Part shown: piece after piece, positions 50,341-62,562 of the stretch
How the letters are laid out: each line of letters starts with the position of its first letter
Position numbering within the stretch: the stretch's first letter is position 1
NCBI GenBank assembly: GCA_963924565.1
Contig: OZ004607.1
Location: 30,256,001-30,320,000 of the forward strand
Source of the DNA: Ascidiella aspersa
Lineage: Eukaryota
Direction of reading: 5' to 3'
Length of the DNA stretch: 64,000 nucleotides
Position numbers and translations under genes: made by a program
Notes under the pieces: generated by a model
The model's input: the letters and a program-made list of their open reading frames with translations, nothing else
What the model was told of the DNA's origin: nothing
Databases searched by the model: none

Positions 50341-53300
50341 CAGGGGTGGCGAACCATTTCATCGCGCGGGTAACAAACACGAGCTTAATTCTAACAAAAT
50401 GCAAAAGTGGGTCGTATATTTGATTATATGCTAAAAAAACTGTGCTGCAGCGTCGTTTTAAGTGTAATTGTATGGGTTGATAATTCAAGGTTTTTAGACG
50501 ATTTCCAAATTCGGATCCCACGAATATTAAGAACCTAAATAGTTATCAAATGCTGCAGCATTTTTATGGGATTACAGGAGTTTACACAAGGCTTTTCAGC
50601 ATGGTTTATTGGTTTAACCAAGGTTTTCAGAATCTTTTAGAATTTTTTTTCCTTAAATGACCACCACCCTTTACATTTTACAGCGGTAAAATAAATGCTT
50701 TTAGTTGTCTGCATTCTGTACGCATTTGTTGAAGTACAATTATATAGGCGTACTCGTCACCCCTAAAACACTTTTGCACGACCCACAGATTGGGCACTTG
50801 GGCAGCCCTGATTTAAACAATATAGTGCTATCTAAATAAGAATTGTTTTTTACAAAATTTTCTGAAAATAATTGACAACAGTATCTCTAGAGAAACAAGT
50901 GGGTCATTAAAAATCTGTGGTGGGTCACTATGGAATTTTTGTTGCAACTTAAAGCCCTTTAAGGAAATCTCTGTACCTGGCATTCGCATTTGACCGACAC
51001 CTAATGATAAGGCGAAGGTTATCGGCAAGTAATTGGCCGCCCGAAAAAATCTCTAACGCTGCAGCAGACGGATACATTTAAACACAGTAACTGTTTCGCC
51101 ACAGCGATTGGCGGCGTTATTTCAATTTTTTCGCGATAAAACGATTAAGTTATATCGGTTCCAATTACCCAACATAAACGGCAGAAATTTTGTAATAGCA
51201 TGACTTCAGAGTTATGCCAGTGGCCCTCCAATCACTGATCCGTGGCCCACCTGTGGGTCCGAGGCCCCCGGTTGAGCAACCCTTAACTCCTAAAAATAAA
51301 CCAAGTTTAAACCTTGCATTAGTTGTTAAAATGTTGAAAAGTGACCAAACTCCAGCAATTTGTGTAAGTTATGTGACCTTAAATATACTTTTGTTCAACT
51401 CCCAATAAATACCTCCATATTCTGTTGGGTCCAAACTGTCCAATATACCAGAAAGTAAATTAAGTCAAGGTAAGTCTTGCGGAATTTTATTCTGTTGTGA
51501 GCGGCAAGACGCAGTTCAAGCTCGATCAAAACAGTCGCCATTTTTTTTACGATTTTTACCAGCGTTTAAAACGGACAAAATGCAATACAGAAATTTGGTC
51601 GATGCGTATTGTTGTGGGTGGTGTTTTGTGGCGCGGGGAGCGACAAAGGCGATGGGACCGATGCCAGCGATGGCTGTTATAAAAGAAACGTACAAAAAAT
51701 GTCAAAAATTAGATGTTCCCATACAACTTAATTAGCGCAAATGCCATGAAACGAACGCGACTAAAACTGACGCACTTACGTTAATTGTGTTATTTTTTTA
51801 ATCGATTAACAAAGATCACTAGATTGAATTTAAATTATTAACCACTTAAATGTCTTAAATAAACACACGTATTCGACGAATCATCTATATCTCGGTTCGG
51901 GTCCGAGTTGTCACCACTCCCCTTTGACGCCCCCAATCGCGCAACAAAAACATCGTTTGTTTAACAGCGTGGAACTTTTGTCATCGCGTTAAAAAATACA
52001 AAAGCGCGAATAAAAACGAAACAAAATCATCTCGGCTTTACAGAACGACTTGTCAAATTCAGTGGGATGCTGCTGTGGGTGTACTAATCCATTCAAAAAA
52101 AAGAAAGTTTGCAAGTCCGAAAAAAAGTTTGCAAGTTACACATAATCAAGCGCAAGCACAAAGCTATGCCGGGCTGGGTAGAAGTGTAGGCGGGCGAGCT
52201 ATTATTATTGTTACACATAACGACGTCGCACAGAGTAGTAGCCGTGCTGGGGAAAAACAACAGCGCTAGAGATTAGAAAGTTCGACCGTCGCGCCTAAGC
52301 TAAATGTACACGATTGGGCGCGACAGCGGTAAGATATATATATATATTATATAGCGGCGATAACAAAAAAGCAAATATGCACGGGCGAACTTGATTGCGC
52401 TACGCTGGTTGGGAATCGAGTGCGGGGGTGATATAAAAGCGCGAGTGTAATGGGGTCGGTTTAAACAACCCATCGCATTTTCGTCGTCCAAAAAGCGTAG
52501 GACGAAAAAGCCTGTGTTGTAGATTGCCCTTCCAAGTTTGAGTCAAACTACAGCAGTAGCTTTTAAGCTATTACTCAAGATGCTGTTCGTAAACCACCAC
52601 AGAAAGAACACGTTATGGCGGTTTTGTATAGTTACAGGTAGTAATGAATGAGTTCGTTGACATTTTCTTGGCAAATTGGTTCCGTTAAAAAAAAACAGAT
52701 AGCGAAAAGATAGTTGCGCCAGCGTTATGTTTGCAACATTTTCGATTCGACTGGGCGCCATTGCAAAAAATACCAGTTTTCGCTCAAAAAATAGAAATGC
52801 TTCAACAGGGGGGTGACACAACAGCATAAATGGGCGAGACACGACTAAAATCGAAAGAAAAAAAATCGGTAAAATTTCTGCGACGCTAAACACCTTGAAG
52901 TCTCCGGGCACCTTGCTTTCGGCCGCGTTTAATTGAACGAATCTCGCTCGACAAATAGAAAGATTTCGTCGAAAAGCGCAGAATGTACAGTTACAGAAAC
53001 GAATTCGAACGGCCATACCGTCAAGTAAAAGAGCGGCGAAAGAAAGGCAAAAAATTGGGCGAAACTGTGACAATTTTTGCGATAAAAAAGCGCGGCTCCG
53101 TCGTCAAAAAAGCACGAGATTACAGAATACGATATTAAAGAGAACTCGCAAACAGCGGTCAATTTTGAATGGATTTTGCTGCGATGCTGGCAAGTGAAAC
53201 GCGATTTGTTTTTTAGATGTTCAAAAATACAGAATAGGGGGCAAGTGGCGAGTGGGGTTATGGTGATGGAGACTAAAATCGAGATCTGTACACACAACGC

Positions 53301-53701
53301 GTTCTTATGTGCCGACGTTAGTGCGAAAAATGTTCGCGTCTCACTATAGAAGTCAAAAGTCTCCCGGCAGAAAATTGCACGTTTTGCCGTTCGTCGTTCG
53401 GCCAGCGTTGACTGAGGGACAATTAGTATTAACACTTTCGTCGTCGGCGCGTAAGTGCCATGGCGGACAAGCAAACTTGCGAGCACTGCTGTAGAACAGG
53501 CCAGGCTCACGTCGTCCGGCGTCAAATGCACTTGACACAGAGGCTGGGGGCCAATACTGCTGCGGTACTGCTTTGAAAATGCGGGGGCCGTCGCGTCATT
53601 TGGCTCGCGAGCCGGATTTGTACCTACGGCGCCTTGGACATTGCACGTTTTTGTCGTTTCGCGGTTTGAGTTTACCGGGGAAGTCCCCGAAGTGTATCCT
53701 T

Positions 53702-56700
53702 CTATGCGTCTTGGTTCACTTGGAGATGCCTGGGAAAAGAAAATGTTTGTTGTTGGGCCCAAAAGGTGTTAATTTACGTAAAGAGCATCTTTCTGAAGGA
53801 AATTGTCAAAAAAACAGTGCATTGAGAAGAACCTAAATAAGTTATTTTGTATAACATAATAATTGTTTTTTTTACTTTTTGACAGTCTCTTTTTGACAAA
53901 AAAAAAACTATTCTGAAAACTGTTGGAAGGTTGAAAAACATTTAGCAAGAACACTGTTTTGCACACTTTTTCAACCCATTATTAACTGTATTTACTTGAA
54001 AAACATAGAAAACATTTTGTCGGCTAAAAATGCTTACTCAGTTTTCAAAGTTGCCACTATTTTTTGAACTATTTTTTGCATCGTCAGGGACAAGATTCCG
54101 TGGGGATATTTCAAACACAGCTTCCTACCGCATATCTCCAATATAAAGAAAAAATATTCACTGTTGATTAGTGTCCCGGACTTGGATGTCCATCTCACCT
54201 GGAGCTGGCATCCTTTATGAGTTTGCTCAGAATTCCGTTCAGTCGCTTTTGCTTGACGTTGCGGGGATGACCCGAGTCCGAGTCCATGTCGTCCGAGTCC
54301 GCGATTCCGCCTTCCACCGCCTCCTCATCTTCCGCGTCCGACTCGGTTCCGCCTTTTACCGATTCCTGCTCTAGCGAATGTTCCGCTCCTCCTCTTTTAT
54401 CCGCATCTGTTTCCATGGCGACATCCCTTTCTTCCTCCTCGTCCGCGCCGCTTCCTCCTGGCTCTGAAAGAGGAAAATGCATTTTTTATAGGATTGGAGT
54501 ATTCCTTTCGCGGCTAAAGACACATTTTTGTGGTAAATTAACATCTGGTGGGAAAATGCTTTAAATAGTATTTACTCTTGATGTTAATAACAAATTTTAC
54601 TTCACATATAGTTACAAATAGACAAGGTTCAAAAATATAGGTAATCGGACTAACTTTCACTTAATTACAGAAATAATAGCAAATATCTAGGTACACTATG
54701 CACGAATCTGTAATGTAGCTTGATAATTAATCTCAAAGCAGAACAGGGCGAAAAATGGTACAAACAACTGGAAATATTACATTTTTCGCAGAAAATTATA
54801 GCATACTTTGCACAACTTCACAAAAAAAGTACACAACTCACCGTTATTGGTCTTGACGCCATGTTGAGTTGCCTTAAGCCACTGAGTCCTTCGTGCCTGA
54901 GTTCGTCGCATCTGGTCTGGGACCTAAAGTGACATCCAGACTTAAGAAACTGTTTGCTGAATCGTAATATATAGCTATTAGCTATAGTGTTTTAATCACT
55001 TTAGGTAACATGTCCCAACTGATTTGTATTCAATGGTATAAACTTTAAAACGAGCCGATTTTCTATTTTATCCACTGACTTGACTTGATTTAGGTCATTT
55101 TGATTTAACTTGTTCCGTTTACCACCTATTCGAATTATCTATAAACACAGGGCAATGCAATAATGTAAGCCGGTAAGGAATATGATCAAGCACAAAAAAT
55201 ATATTTAGCCAAAGAGTTTATTTTCTTCGGGTTAAAAAGTTTTCCGGATTAAATGTGATGACTTGATTTTAATCATTGGCATAGATTACTTAACTGAAGT
55301 TTATGCAAAATAACTTTTGATAAAAGTATCATATTGTTTGCACGTGTAACACTAATTGCTATCGATACGTTCAGTTTTCTGTTTTAGTTAGCAAAAAATA
55401 TAAAATAAAACTGGGAAAAGAAGAAAACGGATGTGTACCTGGTAGTCGCGGACGGGAGGCGCCAAGCGCACAGGGAACTCGTCGAATACATGGGACTTGG
55501 TGTAGATTGGATACCGGCTCTTGGTGATGTCACCCACCACCTTTAGGGCGTTGCCACATCGCTGCTCGCAGATATACACGTCAGCCTCCTTAACACCTGA
55601 GTAGAAATATGAAAGCTTTTTAACCTAAAGACTTTGAGTGGCATTTTTGTTTCAAAGATCGTGTTAGTGTATGACAGGGATGACAAAACTTTTTATTGCG
55701 TGGGTCACAAACGAGACTTTTATCCTTTAAAAATACACAAGTTAGTCATATATTAAATTCCATGATGATATTATTGCGAAACTATAGATACTCGATTTTT
55801 ATATAGAAAACAATTGTATAAATTTCAGGTGTGATAAGCGCGAATATTAAAAGTGCCTTGTTATAAATAATTTTTATACATTTTGTTCTTTTCTAAATAA
55901 GCAATTATATATTTCGTTACAATTAGAGTAAAAAAGGGATTGGCTAAAAATCTGTATTAGGTCACTTTGCGATTGGTTCGCCATTCCTGCTGTATGGGAT
56001 ATTTTCGAAGCTTGATATGACCAAAGGAAACTCTTCTACCCCATGCAAACCCAACCATAATAAATTAGCACCTCGAAACTTTTTGTAAAGGATTAGAATT
56101 TATCATTAAATTTATGTTACTGCTGTTCTGTATAAAAATCGTGGGATTTCATTACGTTTTACGGCCTTCCAATGAGACATATCACTAGCGCATTTGTGAG
56201 AAGCCTCAAACAACTGACAGTTTGTTCAAAGCCTAAGCAGCAGGCAAAGTGTTATGACAACATAATCGCTAAGAATTGCAATACAAGTATCCTCTCCATT
56301 AGATTTGTCCTTATAACTTGAACTACGGGGCGTACGCGGCACATTTATCGGGTGCTTCTGACGTAAAATTGCTGCGCAAAAAAACAGCAAAACCCACCTT
56401 TCGGTCTGCCCATGCAAAACGTGTCGACGTCCATGACGCAACAGGTGCTCACGACCGCCTCCAGCGGCACGATCTCGTGCAGGGGGGTGGCGATCAGCTC
56501 GTTTGGAAAGAAGAGATGCGAGTCGTCGTGGCGGACGTCCTGGGGTCGCAGGAAGTGGTGGCCGTAAGCGAACTTGTCGCCGCTGCGAGCGAAATAGGTC
56601 AAGAGTTCAAACGCAAAGCTAGAAGCAGACTTGGACAACTAGAGATTCTAGTTTTCTAATACAATAAATAAAATACTAACCTAATTTGTAAATTGCCTGG

Positions 56701-59700
56701 GTGCTCTAGTACTAGTTTCATGTAATTCGGATTTTATCAAAAACGCACTACTCTGTCCAGCGGCATTTCTAGTTTCTCAGTCGGAAAAAAAGGTAAATGA
56801 TTATTCCTTTGATCGAAACGATTTGTAGGTGATTTTTGCAGTGCAAAAAGCATAGGCGGTGGTAAAAGTATAAAAATTGACACATGAATATTTGTCATTT
56901 ACATTCTCATGGGAGTAACTTGCGATTTTAAAATATGATTGCGAATTTTAAATGTAATTCCAATCTAATTTTAAAAAGCTAAAGTCAATCTAGTTGCGTA
57001 TACGTCTGGAAGGGATTAACTAAATAAACGAATGCCATTTCCAGGGCATTAAGCAAATTTTTCGCGCTTCGCGCGTATATTCTTTATTTCATACAAGTTT
57101 TAAATTATGGCATGTCACTGTTTTGGCCATTGAGGCGCCATGTAATACTTCACCTTAAAAACAAATATCCTCAATACGCCACTGTTTTCGTAGTGGGCTT
57201 TTAATAGCTCCGAAAAGAGTACTTGGGCCGCGACAAAAAAGGTTTGCCGACCACTGTCCTATAATCTCTATCGGTGTGCACGGTCAATCGAAATGCAAAA
57301 TAAGCTCACTTGTCGTCTGTCCATAGCTTCTTGATGCGGAAGAAGTCGAGGGCATCGACAGTGGAATGCGATTGTAGGCGGTATGAGGTGCGCACAGGTG
57401 GGTTGCTGGATGAGCGCTGGCGCAAGCAGTGGTCGTGGATGAGACGTACGCAGTCGCCTGACGGAAGAGTGGCAAGGCATCATGGTTAGAATTGTTGATA
57501 AATGATCGCGGTTTACACTAAGGTCATTCAAACCCATTAACGTTTGGCCCTCGTTGACTCCAACTTTTTTACGTATAATTTCAAGACTGCTGGCCAACTT
57601 CGAGGAGACCATACAAAGGGGGACCAAGAGCGGCAAAAAGCCGTGACGCAAAAACGAAATTAATTACTTGCTTTTGATGCGTCACACCAATAGATGGCAC
57701 AAAAACATACCTTTGCAATTAAATAGATACAGTCAATATTAAAGATGTCAGATAATATCGGATCGGAGCTGTTACCAATGCCAAGTGCTACTCGTCCGGT
57801 ACTAGGGTGGTATCGGTGCCGATCCGATACCAAAATAATATCGGAATTTCAGCCATGATTTAAGTTTCAGCATAGAGTTTCTACCTTAAAAGGTAAATAT
57901 TTTTAACTATAGAAACTAAGTTAAAAACTGGACTCAACTTCTTAACGCTAAAGCCAATTTTAACCCAATAACCTGGAAAAAATGACCTTTAAACGTTTCA
58001 ATTTTATATATATTGCTTGTTCAAGTATAGTCATGAAGTCATTAAGTATCGGATTGGTCATCCATTCGTTTTGTCCAAAATTTGGGTTTCGGAAATAAAA
58101 TGTCAAGTATCGGCCATCCCTAGTCAATATAATGTGTTTGTTAAAATGGAACTTTTGAAATTAATCGTACAATGCCCGTAATGGTAAAACAAGTACCTTG
58201 CTTGATCACCAGGTCGTCCTTGGTGAGGGTCAAGTAGTAGGTGTGGCCCGGGGGCGCGCTCGGGGGCTGGGGAACCACCGGCACCTCGACGGGGACTTCC
58301 CGCTCGTCGCATTCGTCACAGAGGTAGGCGCGCTGGTCGTTGTAGTCAGCGGGCAGGACGCTCATGCAGTCGCAATGCTGCCAGACCTGAGCCAGCAGTT
58401 AGGGAGAATTGGTTAAACACGGATGCATATATGTGAAAACGTAAAGGCTGCTATCGTCATTAAAGTGAAGAGTAAAGCCGCTTCGGCTTCGAGGCACGGC
58501 CTGTCAAAATTTAGCATTCAATACTGTACACAGCGTTTTCCAACTGGGTGATATTTCTAATCCTAAAGAGTGCCGCGGGATAATTGGGCATCTTTAGGAA
58601 TCTGATTTATGCTCAGTTAGCAAGTCTCTTATAACTCATGTTGTACGATTAGAGTCAATATATAAAATTATTTTTTTCCTATGAGTCAAATATATCAAAC
58701 TACTATTTTTTTGCTGTGTGTTAGTCCAGTTACGTTTAGTGTAACATTATTATAGTACCTACTAAAAATTCAAGTGTGCGTGCCACAATCTATTTATTAA
58801 TTCTAAGGGGTGTCGCAAGTCATAAAATATTGGGAAACACTGTTGTAGCATTGGAAGATAATGGTTCGAGGCTGCAGTAAGACGTAGTAAGAATATCACA
58901 ACCCATACAGGAGTAGGACGCATTTTAAACGTTTCGAATAACTCTTTATTCATTTTCAACATATTCTGTTGTAGCAGTTGCGCAATAGCTGTGCCCAAAT
59001 AGTAAAAAGTTAATAACAGTGGATAAAATTTTAAGGTGATTGATGAGTAAGGTATACTTTAAAAAACTACTGCGTTGTGTTCAAAGGTTGAGATGTCCAA
59101 AATATACGCTTACCGGTCGTAATGGTTTAATACTCCAAAGTTAAGGGCTGGAGTTTACAAAGACATTTTAAAGCAGACAAAAAGTAATAGGCGTGAGATT
59201 CGCACATTTAAAAAGAGACATTGTCGCCCTGTTTTGGAAAGTTAAGCCTTTAAACGAAAGTATCATTCAGCTCGCAAAGCTTCCACACCAGCGCTAATAT
59301 TAAGGATTGGCAGTTGTAAAACAGGTGTGGTAAGATTGTCTAAAAGTAAAAAAACGACCAATGTTTTTCGCACCGTCAAAACAAATCTGCCTTTATTTGA
59401 AAGCTAAGCCTTTGTCACAAACAAATGCTCGTAAACACTAAACCGCCGCTCCTAGGCCAGGTTAAGTTAAGTTAAGAAGCCTTCACAGCACAGCGTGGTA
59501 GTACAGCTTAAAAGTTTTGAGTATTTTATACGACTGGATGGTTTGCAATAAAACTTGACAAGCGACTGAGATACAAAATCGATGAATTTCAAAATCAAAA
59601 GTTTGAATACGGAGTTAAACCTCGGCCTGCTCATTAGATGATTCGATAAATTCGGCGTTGGTTGTGATCTACAGAATTAATTATTTATAGATTACAAAAA

Positions 59701-62463
59701 TCGCGATATATCAACCGTTTTACGGACTTTTATTGCAAAAGGGGTGTTTCAGGAAACTAAAAAGAAGGGTACTTTTCTGTTGCTTTTTTACGATTTATAA
59801 TCTCTTGAAGAATAGTCTTACAACGGACAACAACAATTTTTTTCGGCGGAATGGTTCATTGACCGTAATGCAATTAGAATTAAAGGTGTTGCGCGATTCC
59901 AAATTGCAATGGAAACACTAAAATATCACAATTTGACTCACGTAGCACTTCTCGCACTGGATCATGACGCCCTCGTCCTTGTAAATGCCGCAGATGCAGC
60001 GGATGAAGTCGCTGTTTCGCCGTCGCTCGGCCAGCTCGGCTCGTTGTGCCTCCAAGTGCTGCAAAAACAGGTCGAAACCGGTTAGAACTAGAAAATGATC
60101 TCCACTGTCCCTTATAGCAACGATATGTGCAGGCCATCTTAGCAAACTTGTAAAGCAAGGTTCATGGTGACAAATGTTTTTGAGTAACAATAATGACTTT
60201 AAGTTCGACCACTGACTATATAAATATCTCTAATTCAGCCAATTTTAATATAAAGATAGTTTCATGTTTAAGCCTCTGTTAAAACCCCTATGGTTGATTT
60301 AAGAAGATGTACAGTGATAATGTTATCGCTTCTTCACTCACCTTTTTCTTTGACTTGTCGGTGACGTCGCCTAGTCTCGCAGCAGCCGTGTTGCGCGCCG
60401 CCGTGAAAGCTTTCCTGAGGCGAGCCACGTCACGGCCCAGCGTCGACTTGCGGCCGTGGTATTTCTGGAAATGAAATTAAAGGTTTAAATATTTGTAGGT
60501 TAAAAAAATGGAACGTAGGAATTAATTATTAATTAAGACAGCTCAGATACGGTTGTGACTGAATATAAATAAAACGTTTTTTCGCTATAACGATCATTAA
60601 TTCAAATTCAAGACCTTAACCTATATTACAGTTCACTTAACCTGAAAATAGGAAATCAACGTATTTATCTCAGTGAAATATTCCAATGGCTTATCTATTT
60701 AGTCTGAGATTATTAAAACCACTAAAAAAACAAGAAGAAAAGACTAAATCATAATAGTTCCCAACAGGATCTGCAAAATGCGAATAGAAGTTTTTTTTAT
60801 AAATCAAACGTTAAATGACTTCAATGTAACAAAAAAAAAAGATGATTATGGGTGCAAAAAATGGATGTTGCATAAATGCTCAACTTCTGTAGATAAATAT
60901 TTATTTTGTGACACCAAAAGACGCACCTCAGCACTACGAAAGACTCGCGACACGTCGGAACAAAACTCGTCGAACTTTTTGTATTGTTTCGTCACAAGCT
61001 TCTGCTCGACGAAGTTTAGGTCGACGGGGTCGGTGACGTGCTGATAGTACTCGGGGTTTCTGGTAAAGAAAATAGCAATAGTGTTTTAATTTCACACTAA
61101 GACAGGGTTTCTTAACCAGGGTTGTGAGAACTGTTCCTAGGGGGTGCGGGGATGCTAAATCTGAAACAAAAAAAATGTTGAAAATGAATAAAGAGTTATT
61201 CTAAACGTCCAAAATGATATCTACTTCTGTATGGGCTTTGATATTCTTATTACGTCTTGAAACAAAAAATGTATTACTGTAATTTATTTCTTTGCTCAGT
61301 TTAAAGTAAAACTAACTCACATTTTTCGATTGTCTTACTGTGTTAGCAGTTAATTGTATAAAAATAAAATTACAATCATTTTGTTATTTAAGCAAATAGA
61401 GTGGGCTGCGAGAATTGGTTGGTGGTTTGAAAGGGGTGCAGCAGAATAAAAAGTTAGGAGACAAACTGAACAGCTGCGAATAAATTATTATGATGATGAC
61501 TTTGTTTTTATCAATTAATCGTCTTGGGCAAAGGGATCAAATGATGATTTACGCTTGATTTCAGTAATTGTACAAAAATAAAACCAGGTTTAAGTACTGT
61601 TAACTTTTTTAGGAGAGTGTTAAATACCATTACATACCAATTCACAAACAAGCTAAGTTGTCGAAATTCAAAAATGTTGCCCTACAGATAGGAAATGATG
61701 TAAAAGCTTAATGGCAAACGGGGTACTAGTAATTATAAATAGGCAATACAGTTTACTAGACAGCACGTCTCTGTTCAAATCGTGACTAATCCACTTAATT
61801 TGTACGAGAGCAAAATCGTTCTTCAAATGCCAAACGGCAAATGACTTTAACTTTAGGGTCACTCACTGTAACTTGGAAGGCAGGTTAATGAATGGAATGG
61901 CGACCGAAATGCCGTTTTCGTCTTTGCACGTCATCACGGCTGTGAAGACGTCGGTGATGGCGCTCTCGAGCAACGCGTCTTTGTCCTGAAAAGAGAAGCA
62001 AGTTTAAATTGCATCTTAAATTTAAACGTCTCTGTAGTGCCAAATATAAACAAAGTTGTAAGGAATGTTGTTATAGTGTTTCTAGCCTGGTCTGGATTGC
62101 ACTATTATTCTGATCAGTTGTTACTGGCTAGTACACTCCAGAAGGGCTTGATCACAGAATACACATTTGTGCGTACGTTTCAGTTGTACGGAAAGGGTTT
62201 GATTGGAAAATATAACTAAAATTCAAATACCTTATTTTTTTTCAAAAACAGTTTTAAACTGCACACCTTCAGAGGAGACAAAATTTGTTTAGTATTTTTG
62301 GAAAGCGCTGTTTCCGAAAAAAAAAGAATTTTTAACTAAACCCTAAATGAAACTACTTTTAAACTACAGCCTGTTGGGACACATCTGACTTCTGGCAAAC
62401 TTTACAACAAATATACACTCAAAGAATTGCAACTCACCGAAGAAGTTCGGTCGTTTTCCACGC
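53702..62463 (-). CDS. ASH1L: ASH1L-like histone H3K36 methyltransferase, C-terminal half (Bromo-PHD-BAH); SET exons not in the window
   Basis: In-phase exons 62463-62438, 61985-61867, 61059-60927, 60464-60342, 60058-59942, 58386-58197, 57457-57310, 56582-56398, 55596-55439, 54923-54842, 54463-54199, then either stop at 54195 or exon 53729-53702. Bromo: [37 protein letters not shown]: [38 protein letters not shown]: [34 protein letters not shown]-terminal: RLNGILSKL. Confidence 0.93.
55675..55989. mobile_element. Degenerate hAT-type MITE in an ASH1L intron
   Basis: Termini cagggatgacaaaac / ggttcgccattcctg; flanks gtgtatga / ctgtatgg. Confidence 0.45.
57802..58123. mobile_element. Non-autonomous DNA element with TAGGG ends and gtatcgg subterminal motifs
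   Basis: ctagggtggtatcggtgccgatccgatacc ... gtatcggccatccctag. Confidence 0.5.
58859..58963 (-). repeat. ~100-bp dispersed repeat, copy 3 (reverse orientation, more diverged)
   Basis: taatggttcgaggctgcagtaagacgtagtaagaatatcacaacccatacaggagtagg...ctctttattcattttcaacat. Confidence 0.85.
61176..61258 (+). repeat. Dispersed repeat copy 4 (truncated), nested in a hAT-like element beginning at ~61103
   Basis: tgttgaaaatgaataaagagttatt...attacgtctt, flanked by the direct repeat tgaaacaaaaaa(aa)tgt. Confidence 0.8.
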
Positions 62464-62562
62464 CTGAAACAACATAATAATCAATATATTACGCCTGAAA
62501 CAACATAATAAAAAACAACATAATCATCAATATATTACGCCTGAAACAACATAATAATCATT
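62460..62562. repeat. Local triplication of the ASH1L micro-exon acceptor region
   Basis: acgcctgaaacaacataataa at 62460, 62491 and 62537. Confidence 0.85.
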
